Positions 1 to 9,303 are shown, counted from the stretch's first letter. The stretch is 15,297 nt of DNA from Amoeboradix gromovi X-113 (GCA_018985225.1 JADGIF010000196.1:1-15297), one strand, 5' to 3'. Numbers and translations are program-made. Notes: generated from the sequence alone by a model not told the origin.

Positions 1-460
1 CTGTTAATTATTTATTTAGAACTGATTTACCACTTGTGAAAAGGAATAATATTGAGCATTTAACCTATTAGAAAAATCTGGAAAAGTCTTGAAATGATAC
101 AGAAATATATACAAATTCGCGATAAATGATTTATTCAAGAAAATAGTCAAGCTGTTTGTTAACAACTGCCGTTACCTTATCTGGTTACTTTTTTACAACA
201 TCCTTTTTGACCGAGGTCAACGTTAGGGCTTTTCTGCTTACGGAGTCACTTGATTTTTCGAGCTTTCGACATTGTTGATGATTTTAGCTAGTGAGATAGC
301 TCGATAAGATTTTTGCGATGTAGTTTCGGGCACCTTTTTCCTGGAGCTTGAGACACCTAATAAACCAACATCTCTTTTTGTGTTTTCATCATCTTTTACT
401 CTGTTCTACTTTCCATGGAGTATTTTGGATTCCTTTTGTAGTTGTGTTCCGAACAGGGAG

Positions 461-706
461 ATGTTTGCAAGATTTGCCTCTTACTACAAAATCAGAACTA
501 ACAAGTCGATTGCCAAAAGATTCATACCTACAGGAAATAAAAGAGGAGCTGTAGCTTTGTCGTTTAAGAGGTATATTCAGGGCAGAAACAAAGCATCCTG
601 GTCTAAAAGCACAAGTAGGCTGCATAGATTGAAGCAAGTTAAGCTAGTAACTGAAAAATGGCACCTAGATGTTATTAGGAAATTAGCACCGTATTTGAAA
701 AGATGA
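461..706 (+). CDS. bL35m: Mitochondrial ribosomal protein bL35m (L35 family), 81 aa
   Basis: Lies within ORF 380..706; the first ATG is at 461 (MFARFASYY, presequence-like). KIRTNKSIAKRFIPTG...FKRYIQGRNKASWSKSTSRLHRLKQVKLV...IRKLAPY matches the L35 pattern KMKTHKGAAKRFKKTG...KR..AG..H....KS..R.R.L......IKRLLPY. Confidence 0.8.
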   Translation: MFARFASYYKIRTNKSIAKRFIPTGNKRGAVALSFKRYIQGRNKASWSKSTSRLHRLKQVKLVTEKWHLDVIRKLAPYLKR

Positions 707-730
707 TGAGTAAAAAATTATTTATTTTGA

Positions 731-2782
731 TTACTTTCCAGCGAGTTTCGTTGCTTGATCCTTCGTCTTTTTGTCAAAATTGGTGTCGGGATTTCTAGAT
801 GGTCCTTTTTCGGTACCTTGAGTACTGAGGCCCATTTTTTCGCTCTCTGGCTCGCTCTCTGGCTCACTCTCTGGCTCGCTCTCTGGTTCACTCTCTGGTT
901 CAGATATTGGTGCTCTGTATCCATATCCAGGAGAAGATCTCTTCGTACACTTCCTTCTTACAATCTTCTTGCACTTTCTTGGGCTGGACTCTGGAGCTGC
1001 TAAAGGATATCCTGGGGTTGATGGCTCCGGAATATGCTGTTCCGGTTGACTCTCTGGGATAGGTCTAGTAGAGGGTTCAACTTCTGGATGCTCCATTTCT
1101 GGTTCAGGGACGTGGTTATAGCTCGGAATTGGTCTTCTAGCATCTTCAACAGATGGCTCCGGCTGATATGTTGGAAATTCTGGAATTGGAATATGTTGAT
1201 AACCTGGGGCCGATCTATAGGAAGGAATAGGAGCATATCTTTGACCTTGAACTTCAGGTCTGCCAATAGGAAGCATACCATTATATGATGGATAGCCGCC
1301 GTAACTAGGCATTGGTCGATAGCCGCCGTAACTTGGACGAGCATGTGGATATACTCCATATCTAGGCGCTGGATAACCACCATAACCGCTTTGTTCTGGT
1401 ACATACTCAGGCTCAGATTCAGGCTCATACCCAGGCTCAGATTCCGGCTCATACTCAGATTCAGGCTCATACCCAGGCTCAGATTCCGGCTCATACTCAG
1501 ATTCAGGCTCAGATTCAGGCTCAGATTCAGATTCAGGCTCAGATTCAGGCTCATACTCAGGCTCTGTCTCTGGTGAAACTATTGGCTTGTAGCCATAACC
1601 GGTCAAAGGTTGGTGAGCTGGAGCAGTTTCTGGCCTAGAACTAGGTGCTTTGTAAGTGTAACCGGTCAAAGGCTGATAAGCGTTAGGGACTGTTGATGGC
1701 GACTCAGGCTCGTGTTCAGGTTCGTGTTCAGGTTCTGTTTCTGGTGAAGCAGGCTCAGGTTCCTGTTCAGGTTGAGTTACTGGTGAAGCAGGCTCAGGTT
1801 CCTGTTCAGGTTGAGTTACTGGTGAAGCAGGCTCAGGTTCCTGTTGAGTTTCTGGTGAGGCAGGCTCAGGTCCCTGTTCAGGTTGAGTTACTGGTGTGAC
1901 ATTCTCTGGCTGAGACTCTGGCTGCTGCTGAGGTTGTTGCTGTTGTGCTTGTTGCTGAGGTTGTTGCTGAGGTTGTTGCTGTGACTGTGGTTGTATTTGT
2001 GGTTGTATCTGCTGTTGCTGTCCTTGAGGTTGCTGTTGAGGTTGTACTTGAGGTTGCTCTTGAGGCTGCTCTTGAGGTTGTTCTTGAGGTTGTTCTTGAG
2101 GTTGTTCTTGAGGTTGTTCTTGAGGTTGTTGTTGAGGTTGCTCTTGAGGCTGCTCTTGAGGTTGCTCTTGAGGTTGCTCTTGAGGTTGCTCTTGAGGTTG
2201 CTCTTGAGGTTGCTCTTGAGGTTGCTCTTGAGGTTGCTGCTGTTCTTGCTGAGGTTGTGCAGCAATTCCACAACATGTCATTTTTCTAATATTGGGATCT
2301 AATATTTCGATCCCTGTTAAAACCTGACCATTACCGCATCTTAGATTTTTGTTTTTAGATTTTCCGTCAACATTCACAGATTGGCAGTTCTCTGTTCTGT
2401 AAACTTGATTTTGGTCATCGACGATAGCAGCGTATCCAACTTGAAAAGAATTGCAATTATCATTTTGGGCTGCGCATTTGATACCCACAATCGCCTTTCC
2501 ATCTGGAGCATCAAATGGCTGCTTGGGTCCAATAATTTGAGAATACTCTGCATCTGAGTGTCTCAAGAATCCTTCTCCTTCTTGAATTCCATCACATCTA
2601 ATACCCAATTTATCACAGTAAGTTCCAGAGAAAGTCGAGCCAGATTTACACTGGATTCCATTAACGAAAGCATAAGTACTACACTCTCGATGGTTAGTAG
2701 TTCTTAAGCCACGACTTTGTACATATGCAACGGTGTCCTTTTGGGCTGCTTTGGCTGCTAATACATTTGCAATAAACAACAT
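731..2782 (-). CDS. Putative secreted/cell-surface protein, 683 aa: Cys-rich N-terminal domain plus long Gln/Pro/Glu repeat stalk and Tyr/Gly/Pro-rich region
   Basis: Long intact ORF with a short hydrophobic N-terminus ([13 protein letters not shown]) and 10 Cys within aa 34-171. This is followed by (EQPQ)n, [13 protein letters not shown] and EPES repeats, YGGY motifs and a basic [10 protein letters not shown] motif. Confidence 0.8.
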   Translation of the reverse strand: MLFIANVLAAKAAQKDTVAYVQSRGLRTTNHRECSTYAFVNGIQCKSGSTFSGTYCDKLGIRCDGIQEGEGFLRHSDAEYSQIIGPKQPFDAPDGKAIVGIKCAAQNDNCNSFQVGYAAIVDDQNQVYRTENCQSVNVDGKSKNKNLRCGNGQVLTGIEILDPNIRKMTCCGIAAQPQQEQQQPQEQPQEQPQEQPQEQPQEQPQEQPQEQPQEQPQQQPQEQPQEQPQEQPQEQPQEQPQEQPQVQPQQQPQGQQQQIQPQIQPQSQQQPQQQPQQQAQQQQPQQQPESQPENVTPVTQPEQGPEPASPETQQEPEPASPVTQPEQEPEPASPVTQPEQEPEPASPETEPEHEPEHEPESPSTVPNAYQPLTGYTYKAPSSRPETAPAHQPLTGYGYKPIVSPETEPEYEPESEPESESEPESEPESEYEPESEPGYEPESEYEPESEPGYEPESEPEYVPEQSGYGGYPAPRYGVYPHARPSYGGYRPMPSYGGYPSYNGMLPIGRPEVQGQRYAPIPSYRSAPGYQHIPIPEFPTYQPEPSVEDARRPIPSYNHVPEPEMEHPEVEPSTRPIPESQPEQHIPEPSTPGYPLAAPESSPRKCKKIVRRKCTKRSSPGYGYRAPISEPESEPESEPESEPESEPESEKMGLSTQGTEKGPSRNPDTNFDKKTKDQATKLAGK
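840..900. repeat. Coding 12-bp repeat (tcgctctctggc variants) encoding SEPE, about 5 units
   Basis: Directly visible; codon usage differs from the EPES repeats at 1402-1564. Confidence 0.85.
1402..1564. repeat. Coding [14 protein letters not shown] mosaic repeats
   Basis: Repeated caggctcagatt and ggctcatactc modules. Confidence 0.85.
1741..1896. repeat. Coding 39-bp tandem repeat (4 units, one shortened to 33 bp) encoding [13 protein letters not shown]
   Basis: ctggtgaagcaggctcaggttcctgttcaggttgagtta units begin at 1741, 1780, 1819 and 1852. Confidence 0.9.
2038..2237. repeat. Coding 12-bp tandem repeat (gaggttgctctt variants) encoding EQPQ
   Basis: About 16 directly visible near-perfect 12-bp units. 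Confidence 0.9.
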
Positions 2783-3112
2783 TGGTAGTATCGAGGGTGA
2801 GGTCTCCTTTTATCCTCGAATTCTCATGTGCGGGGTAGTACCGAGGTACACAAAGTGACCCCTTGTAATTTATGTACCCATTTTCAACCAATGATTTAAT
2901 GACTTCAAAAGTGTGTCGCTTTTATTCTTAACAGTAAATACAATAACACAAGCCCGCGTCTCTTACAACTTCACAACAGTAAACTTGAATCATGCCAAGC
3001 TGCGAATATTTCCAGTTTCTGTACACTCTACCGTTCTGTTTTTGAACTTATCCTCCTTATGAAGTGGTTTTATAGTTTAAATCTCAAATCTACACCCAAT
3101 ACATTTTAAAAC

Positions 3113-4057
3113 ATGGATTTTGATAGGCACCTGAAGTTCATACAAAACTACCAAAAGTTGCAAGAGGATCCCGATGTTATAGACGTTAAGCTTTTGGAGC
3201 ATCTGACCATGAGCGCTTACTACTGGGCTATTTGTGCAACAAAATTAATTACTCGCGAAGATGTTCTGGATTCTGCAAAAATTACTAATTTTGTATTGAA
3301 TTGTCATCATAGCAGTGGAGGGTTTTCTGGAGCTATCGGTCATGATCCTCATCTCCTGTACACTTTATCCGCTATTCAAATCTTAGTGATGCTTAACAAA
3401 CTACACTTAGTTAATGTGGATTTAACTGTTGACTATATTAAACGATTGCAGCAACCCGATGGCTCATTTGTTGGTGACAAATACGGTGAAGTGGATACTA
3501 GATTCAGCTATTGCGCTTTATCAAGCCTATCTCTAATGGGTAGGTTGGACGTTATAAATATTGACATTGCCGTAGAATTCATAATGAAATGCCATAACTA
3601 CGATGGTGGCTTTGGTAGCTGTATAGGTTCTGAAAGCCATGGTGGTCAAATATTTACTTGCATAGGTGCTCTGACAATTGCTGGTAAACTGAATGTCTTA
3701 ACAGATGAGCAAATTTTATTGCTGGCTTGGTGGCTATCAGAAAGACAATTGCCCAATGGTGGATTGAATGGGAGACCAGAAAAAAAAGAAGATGTTTGCT
3801 ATTCATGGTGGAATGTCAGTTCTCTGGAAATGATTGGAAAACTAGACTGGATTGATAAAAAAGCCCTTGCTGAATTTATACGTAGGTGCCAGGCTCCGGA
3901 TGGTGGGATTTGTCACAAGGAAGGCCAAATCCCTGATTTATTTCATACTCTATTTGGATTAACAGGACTATCCTTGTTGCAAAGCAATAAATTAGAAAAA
4001 ATTAATCCTGTCTATTGTATACCACAATATTTATTAGACTTGCATTATGGGAATTGA
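3113..4057 (+). CDS. BET2: Rab geranylgeranyltransferase (GGTase-II) beta subunit, 314 aa
   Basis: Prenyltransferase repeats (GGFSGAIGHDPHLLYTLSAIQIL, DGSFVGDKYGEVDTRFSYCA, ESHGGQIFTC) and WWLSERQLPNGGLNGRPEK. Zn ligands are intact in DVCYSWW and FHT. Confidence 0.95.
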   Translation: MDFDRHLKFIQNYQKLQEDPDVIDVKLLEHLTMSAYYWAICATKLITREDVLDSAKITNFVLNCHHSSGGFSGAIGHDPHLLYTLSAIQILVMLNKLHLVNVDLTVDYIKRLQQPDGSFVGDKYGEVDTRFSYCALSSLSLMGRLDVINIDIAVEFIMKCHNYDGGFGSCIGSESHGGQIFTCIGALTIAGKLNVLTDEQILLLAWWLSERQLPNGGLNGRPEKKEDVCYSWWNVSSLEMIGKLDWIDKKALAEFIRRCQAPDGGICHKEGQIPDLFHTLFGLTGLSLLQSNKLEKINPVYCIPQYLLDLHYGN

Positions 4058-5536
4058 CTATTTTCAAACTTAAAAGTAAATTGGTGTTCTGTTGGTAGCT
4101 TCGGATATTTTTTATGATACTCTTCCATGGTCCTAGTTAACGAACTGGTAATAAATTCTTGGGCGTCCATAGTTGGATATGTAAATATCAACTGTATAAA
4201 ATCATCTTTTCTTCTATTAAAAGTATCTTTGGCTTCCGTATTATTTGGCAAATTATAAAACAAATGAGCGAAATGTAGAAACGCTGACTATGTTAATAAG
4301 AAGTACAAAGAACTGATCAAACTTGACACTAAAATTAGCGTCTTTAACAGTCTCGTCTATAGATGCTGAGATTATGCGCTCATTAAAGTCGGGTTCACTT
4401 GAATGTGCCTTTCTGACTTGTCTTATAGAGCCTTTAATAGTAGTTGAAAACTTGGAAACCTTACCTGCAACAACTTTTAGAGGATTCATTTGTTTTATCT
4501 GTTGCGCTCTCTTTTTTATAGTGCCAGCAGTCCCAAGAGCGAAATTTTTAAGTTTTTTGTTTGTATGCTGAGCAGGTATATCATCTTCGTCCATTGCATC
4601 TGCATCATATTTCCGTTTGCTGCCTCTTGGAAAGGCATTATTTTTGAATTCCTGACTTATCGTTTCCAAATAAACAGGAACCCATTGAGTAACAAAATCA
4701 AAGATTTGGTTAAGGAATATGGATATGTTACTATCTCCATTAGATTTGAACATTATTTCCAAGCCCGTCATAGAATCTCTGCTATATGCCAAAAGAATAA
4801 CAAGAATTTTACAAATATTTTCACGCAGTGTCCAACTAACAATGTTCGAAGGCTCTTTTAGAATGCCTGAGAATAAGCGAAGGATATATCCGTTTTCAAT
4901 TAACAGCTCAATGACGTCGGGATTAAAGTCCTTACTATGCCAAGCAAACCCCGCTTTAGGGCTTCGTTCCAAAGAATCAAGAATAGCAAATGAGAGTATT
5001 TCAGATGACTCGATGACTTCGGATATGCTGGAGTGTTTAACTTGTAAATTAAGTAGTCTTTCCAGCAATAAACCAAATAATTGTCCACCATTATAACTTC
5101 CATTTTTAGTAATGTTAACAGGATCCCTGTAAGTGTTTCTACCATAGAATGCAGATATCCACCCAGGAGTGCATGTTCTGAATGCTGTAGTGATCAATTC
5201 TAAATCTCTGTTACAAAGAATTCCATTTTGACATGCTAGTACCTTTGAGACATTATGCAATGATAAAGGTAACTCATTATTTTCTGTAATAAAAGCGCGT
5301 TCATATAAATTGAATTTGTCCAGGTTGGATGCTCCTGTAGATGAGCTGGTATAAAACTCAGCAGCAGTCATATCGAATCCTTGAGATTGCAGCTGAAAGT
5401 TCCAGGATTGATCCTGCATATCTCTCATCAAGAGCTGATCTTCAATCGAACCATATATCTGCTCTTTCGAATCTCGCGTTAAAATTTTAGAACCAGACTT
5501 TATCGTTTTTTTCTTATTGGAGAAAATATTCTTCAT
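4045..5536 (-). CDS. Hypothetical helical protein with formin GBD/FH3-like segments, 490 aa; exons 5536-4307 and 4287-4045
   Basis: ORFs 4253..5536 and 4045..4263 join in frame after removing a 19-nt GT-AG intron (...DQFF|SAFLHFAHLFYNLP...). DLELITTAFRTCTPGWISAF...GGQLFGLLLERL and RENICKILVILL...GLEIMF resemble GBD/FH3 armadillo motifs. The CDS is likely real; the domain call is weak. Confidence 0.6.
4288..4306 (-). other. 19-nt spliceosomal intron GTACTTCTTATTAACATAG
   Basis: GT...AG ends and a TTAAC branch motif with A at -6. Phase-0 removal fuses two adjacent ORFs that are in different frames. Confidence 0.75.
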
Positions 5537-5692
5537 TTTGAAACAATGGAATTTGAAATTTATTGTTAGATTACATTTAAAACTGACATTTCACTCAGCC
5601 AGTCGAATATTAAAGAAATCAGCACAATAACAATAACATTTTGATGTTCAGGTAAAATCTTAGGAGTTGTTATTTGACACAAAAACATTTAA

Positions 5693-6355
5693 ATGGAAGA
5701 TAACGATCAAATATTTAATCAGATTTTTGGGAGTTCGTCTGAAGACGAAGAGCACAACGAAAATGAGCTTATGCCCATCAAAAGGCAGGCTCAGGTGGAG
5801 GAATATACCACAAATACAAACGAACCAATTTCTAGATTGGATCAGTTTAGATTGGATTTCGACAACGCGAAGAGCACCCAAAAAAGTAAGAGAGCGAAGA
5901 CGAATGCTTCAAATGACTTCTCTTATGAAAGAATCAAAGACATTATTGGTGAAATGTACAAGGCAGCTCAAATTGATAGAGAGAGCATGATTAGTAATAG
6001 GTCTAAGGCTGGTTTAGCAAAACTTGTTATGCTACCATATTTGACAGAGACATTAAATAGAGAGAAGCTGCAAGAATCCTTTCTAGACGCGGGATTGTTA
6101 GGTGCTTTTCAAGCATGGCTAGAACCTCACGACAATGGCTGCATGCCTCTCTACGATGTGAAGCATACTTTACTTGTTATTATGATGCATTTAAAGGTAG
6201 ATCTGGACCATTTAAGAGAATGTAACATAGGAAAAATAGTGCATTTTTACACTTTGAATAAAGTTGAGCATCCGAACATTAGAAAACTAGCTCAGCAATT
6301 AAGAGACAAGTGGTCAAAACCAGAAAAGGCTGAAAACGTGTACGAGAAAGACTAA
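5693..6355 (+). CDS. SPN1: Transcription elongation factor Spn1/IWS1, 220 aa
   Basis: Acidic N-terminus, followed by KLVMLP...FLDAGLL...WLEP..NG.MP...HLRECNIGKIVHFY...IRKLAQQLRDKWSKP (TFIIS N-terminal-like IWS1 domain). Confidence 0.9.
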   Translation: MEDNDQIFNQIFGSSSEDEEHNENELMPIKRQAQVEEYTTNTNEPISRLDQFRLDFDNAKSTQKSKRAKTNASNDFSYERIKDIIGEMYKAAQIDRESMISNRSKAGLAKLVMLPYLTETLNREKLQESFLDAGLLGAFQAWLEPHDNGCMPLYDVKHTLLVIMMHLKVDLDHLRECNIGKIVHFYTLNKVEHPNIRKLAQQLRDKWSKPEKAENVYEKD

Positions 6356-6365
6356 ATAAACTTTT

Positions 6366-6803
6366 TTACTTATGTTCCTCAAGTTCAACCAAGACTCCTC
6401 CAGTATCTTTTGGATGTAAAAATACTACGTCTTTACCTAATGCTCCTGGTCTAGGTTGACCCAAAGCCCTAACGTTTTTCGATTCTAAGTCGGTTATCGC
6501 ATTTTGAATATCATCAACATAAAAACAGACGTGGTGCATCCCTCCATTCGGGTTCTTGTCCAGAAACTTACTTATTGGTGAGGTCGTGGCCAAAGGCTCT
6601 ATGATTTCAATACTGGAATCACCCAAATGCAAAAACCCTACTTTTACTTTCTGCGATTTAAATTCGAAAGGTTCAATTGCCGAATCTATTTTGAACTTCA
6701 CTTTAAATAACTCCATTGTTTCTTCTATGTTCTTGGTAGCAAATGCTACATGAGATAAGCCTTTGTTTGACCATTTACTAAGAAGCTTGGAACTGCGAAA
6801 CAT
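6366..6803 (-). CDS. MCEE: Methylmalonyl-CoA epimerase, mitochondrial (VOC fold), 145 aa
   Basis: LSHVAFAT, IEIIEP, SPISKFLDKNPNGGMHHVC and VVFLHPKDTGGVLVELEE motifs, with the metal ligands present. The basic, Ser-rich N-terminus looks like a presequence. Confidence 0.93.
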   Translation of the reverse strand: MFRSSKLLSKWSNKGLSHVAFATKNIEETMELFKVKFKIDSAIEPFEFKSQKVKVGFLHLGDSSIEIIEPLATTSPISKFLDKNPNGGMHHVCFYVDDIQNAITDLESKNVRALGQPRPGALGKDVVFLHPKDTGGVLVELEEHK

Positions 6804-6933
6804 TGATAACAGGGGCTTAAGTTTCTTGTGGTTAAAATTGGGTAAGAAAAGGATCTCGAAGTTGCTGTATAGAGTTAGTACCTTCTTTTGTTCTGGTTTG
6901 TGGTTTTATTAAAGTTTCCCCTGAAACTATTCC

Positions 6934-7227
6934 ATGTTAAGACGCTCATTTGTAAAATTGCAAAAGGCAATTGTCCAGCCATTTCTCACTGATAAAAACG
7001 AAATGTACTGGGAGTTAAACAACAACAAGAGGGTCACCCTTAGCGAATTCAAAAACAATATTTATGTTCATATAAGACAGTATGATGAAATTGAAGGAAA
7101 AGATTATCTTATTCCTACAAAGAAAGGAATTGCTTTGAATGTTGAACAGTTTGAGTTGTTGAAACAAGTCATGCACTCAGTCGACGTGGCGTTAAAAGAG
7201 AAGCAACAAGAACTTGAAAAAGAATAA
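6934..7227 (+). CDS. SUB1: PC4/Sub1 (transcriptional coactivator p15) ssDNA-binding-domain protein, 97 aa
   Basis: WELNNNKRVTLSEFKNNIYVHIRQY...PTKKGIALNVEQFELLK matches the PC4 domain. Orthology to nuclear Sub1 is uncertain because of the atypical N-terminus. Confidence 0.85.
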   Translation: MLRRSFVKLQKAIVQPFLTDKNEMYWELNNNKRVTLSEFKNNIYVHIRQYDEIEGKDYLIPTKKGIALNVEQFELLKQVMHSVDVALKEKQQELEKE

Positions 7228-7231
7228 ACGT

Positions 7232-9303
7232 TTACTCATCTAATCCCAATACTATTGCGGATCGTGCCGGAATGTATACAAACAAATGGTTCTTTCTTCC
7301 GCACCATTCTTCAGGGAATGTGTGATATTTTGAACTTTCATCTATTCTTCCATGGCCCAGGTAATTTTCCTTATTGTCTGAGTTTAATACTACTCGATAT
7401 GCTCCTGGCATGTCTACGCCTATCTTGTAATCTGTGAACGACTTCGTTGCATTAAAATTGAATACGAACAATAATCCGCCTCTCTCAAACGCTACAACTT
7501 TATCTCCCTCATGCTTTAAGCTCACATAGGACCATTCTCCTAAAACCTTGTATTCCTCATCTAACCTCATCATAGCTCTATCAAAGTTATTAAGATATTT
7601 GTATCTCAATGTTTGATCATCAACCACTGTCCATTGCCTTCTAGCATAGTGATAAGAATCATTATTACCTTGCCTGGGAAAGTCCAACCATTCTGGATGT
7701 CCGAATTCATTCTAAATTAGAACTAAAATACTCCTTCAAATGTCAAATAGCCGTCTCCTCCCAGTCCAAATGTTAGCAATCTTATCAACTTGTGCAGCTG
7801 AATGCCTCTGTCAATTACAGGTGTTAGCGGGGTAAAGTCGCTCATGTTCGTGTACATTTCCTTGTCCATTAACCAAAATGCCAAAGTCTTATCACCAACT
7901 AGTGCTTGATCGTGTGATTCACAATATGCTATTGTCCCCTCTTTCCATCTGCGATCAGTTAAGGTATGCACAATCTTACCCAATTCCCATTCCTCATCAT
8001 TTTTGTGTTTTAATAGTTTAATCCACATGTCAGGAATCGACATGGCCAATCGATAATCAAAACCCATTCCTCCTTCGCTAACCGGTCTGCACAATCCAGG
8101 CATTCCAGACACGTCCTCAGCAATTGTGATGGCATACGGATAGTTCTCGTGGATTAAGTAATTTGCCAGCGTCAGATAACATATAGCGTCGGTGTCCGTT
8201 GACATGCCAAAGTACTCATCATAATGACCACTAAAACCGGTTCCTATACCGTGATGCTTATAAAGCATCGAAGTTACACCGTCAAATCTAAATCCATCAA
8301 ACTGAAACTCATCTAACCAGTACTTAATGTTACCTAACAAGAACCTCATAGTCTCGTAATTGCCATAATTGAACAACCTACTGTCCCATAGTTCATGTCT
8401 ACCCATTGGACCTCCATGGAAGTAGCAGTGGTCAGTGCCATCAAAGCAATTTAGCCCGTCCCCAATGTTCATAGAAGCATGGCTATGTACGATATCTAGT
8501 AGAACATAGAGCTTCAACTTATGAGCAACATCGATTAGTTCTTTTAGTTCCTCTGGGTCACCAAATCTACTGCTAGGCGCATAGAAACTAGACACTTGAT
8601 AACCGAATGAAGCATAATACGCATGCTCTTGAATAGCCATCAATTGAATAGTGTTATATCCCAAGTCTTTAATACGAGGTAGAACATTTGCCGTGAATTC
8701 CCTGTACGTACAAATTCTACCTTCAGATGACGAGATTCCCACGTGAGCCTCGTATATCCGAGGGCGGAGGGGTTTTGGTGGTCTACTATACTTAAACTTA
8801 TAAGGTTTTGGTGGGTTCCAGAAAACGGGATCAAATTCAATTTTCTCACGAATGTTCTGAACAGCATATTTTGTATATGGAGACATGCGATATAATTCTG
8901 ACCCATCCTCTAGAATAAAAAGCACCTTAACTTTTGAGTTATGAGGAATTGCCGCCTCATTGTTGACATGTGGCAATAATACCTCCCAGATTCCAAACTC
9001 CATCTTCTTTAATGCCACTGTTTTCTTCCATCCGTTAAATTCCCCAACCAAATAGGCACTGATAATTCTGGGATTTGGAGCATACTCCTTATATAGAACA
9101 CCATTTTCTTGAATTTTGAATCCCATAGTACATTGAGCCATATGAACTAGCCCACCTTCATTTTCAAAATTCTTTAACCAGTACAACATCTGCTCAAATC
9201 TGTATTTAAAAGCGTCCTTGTAATTTTTCAGATACCCATCATATTCTGTGATCTTTGGAAAGTCTTCTGATTTGAAAATTTCATTCAAGTTTTCCACTGT
9301 CAT
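7232..9303 (-). CDS. GLC3: 1,4-alpha-glucan (glycogen) branching enzyme, GH13, 683 aa; exons 9303-7732 and 7711-7232
   Basis: [16 protein letters not shown] and the catalytic motifs [17 protein letters not shown] and ESHDQ. Splicing out 20 nt restores the conserved GYLTFEG|[13 protein letters not shown]. Confidence 0.96.
7712..7731 (-). other. 20-nt spliceosomal intron GTATTTTAGTTCTAATTTAG
   Basis: GT...AG ends, a CTAAT branch motif with A at -6 and in-frame stops. Exact removal rebuilds an invariant branching-enzyme motif with no residue missing or added. Confidence 0.92.

Noticed and set aside
1-460. Short open frames on both strands that might form a gene with tiny introns
   Set aside because: No ATG-initiated frame of convincing length, no recognisable protein and no consensus intron. 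The region remains unexplained.
1741-2237. CRISPR-like periodicity
   Set aside because: Head-to-tail coding repeats without unique spacers; eukaryotic context and no cas genes.
755-2302. Multiple alternative-frame ORFs (poly-LLRL, SLNL, ATSR, VALE)
   Set aside because: Shadow frames produced by the 3n tandem repeats of the 683-aa gene.
7687-7731. GBE pseudogene, frameshift or stop-codon readthrough
   Set aside because: A clean GT-AG excision restores the motif exactly, and all catalytic residues are intact.
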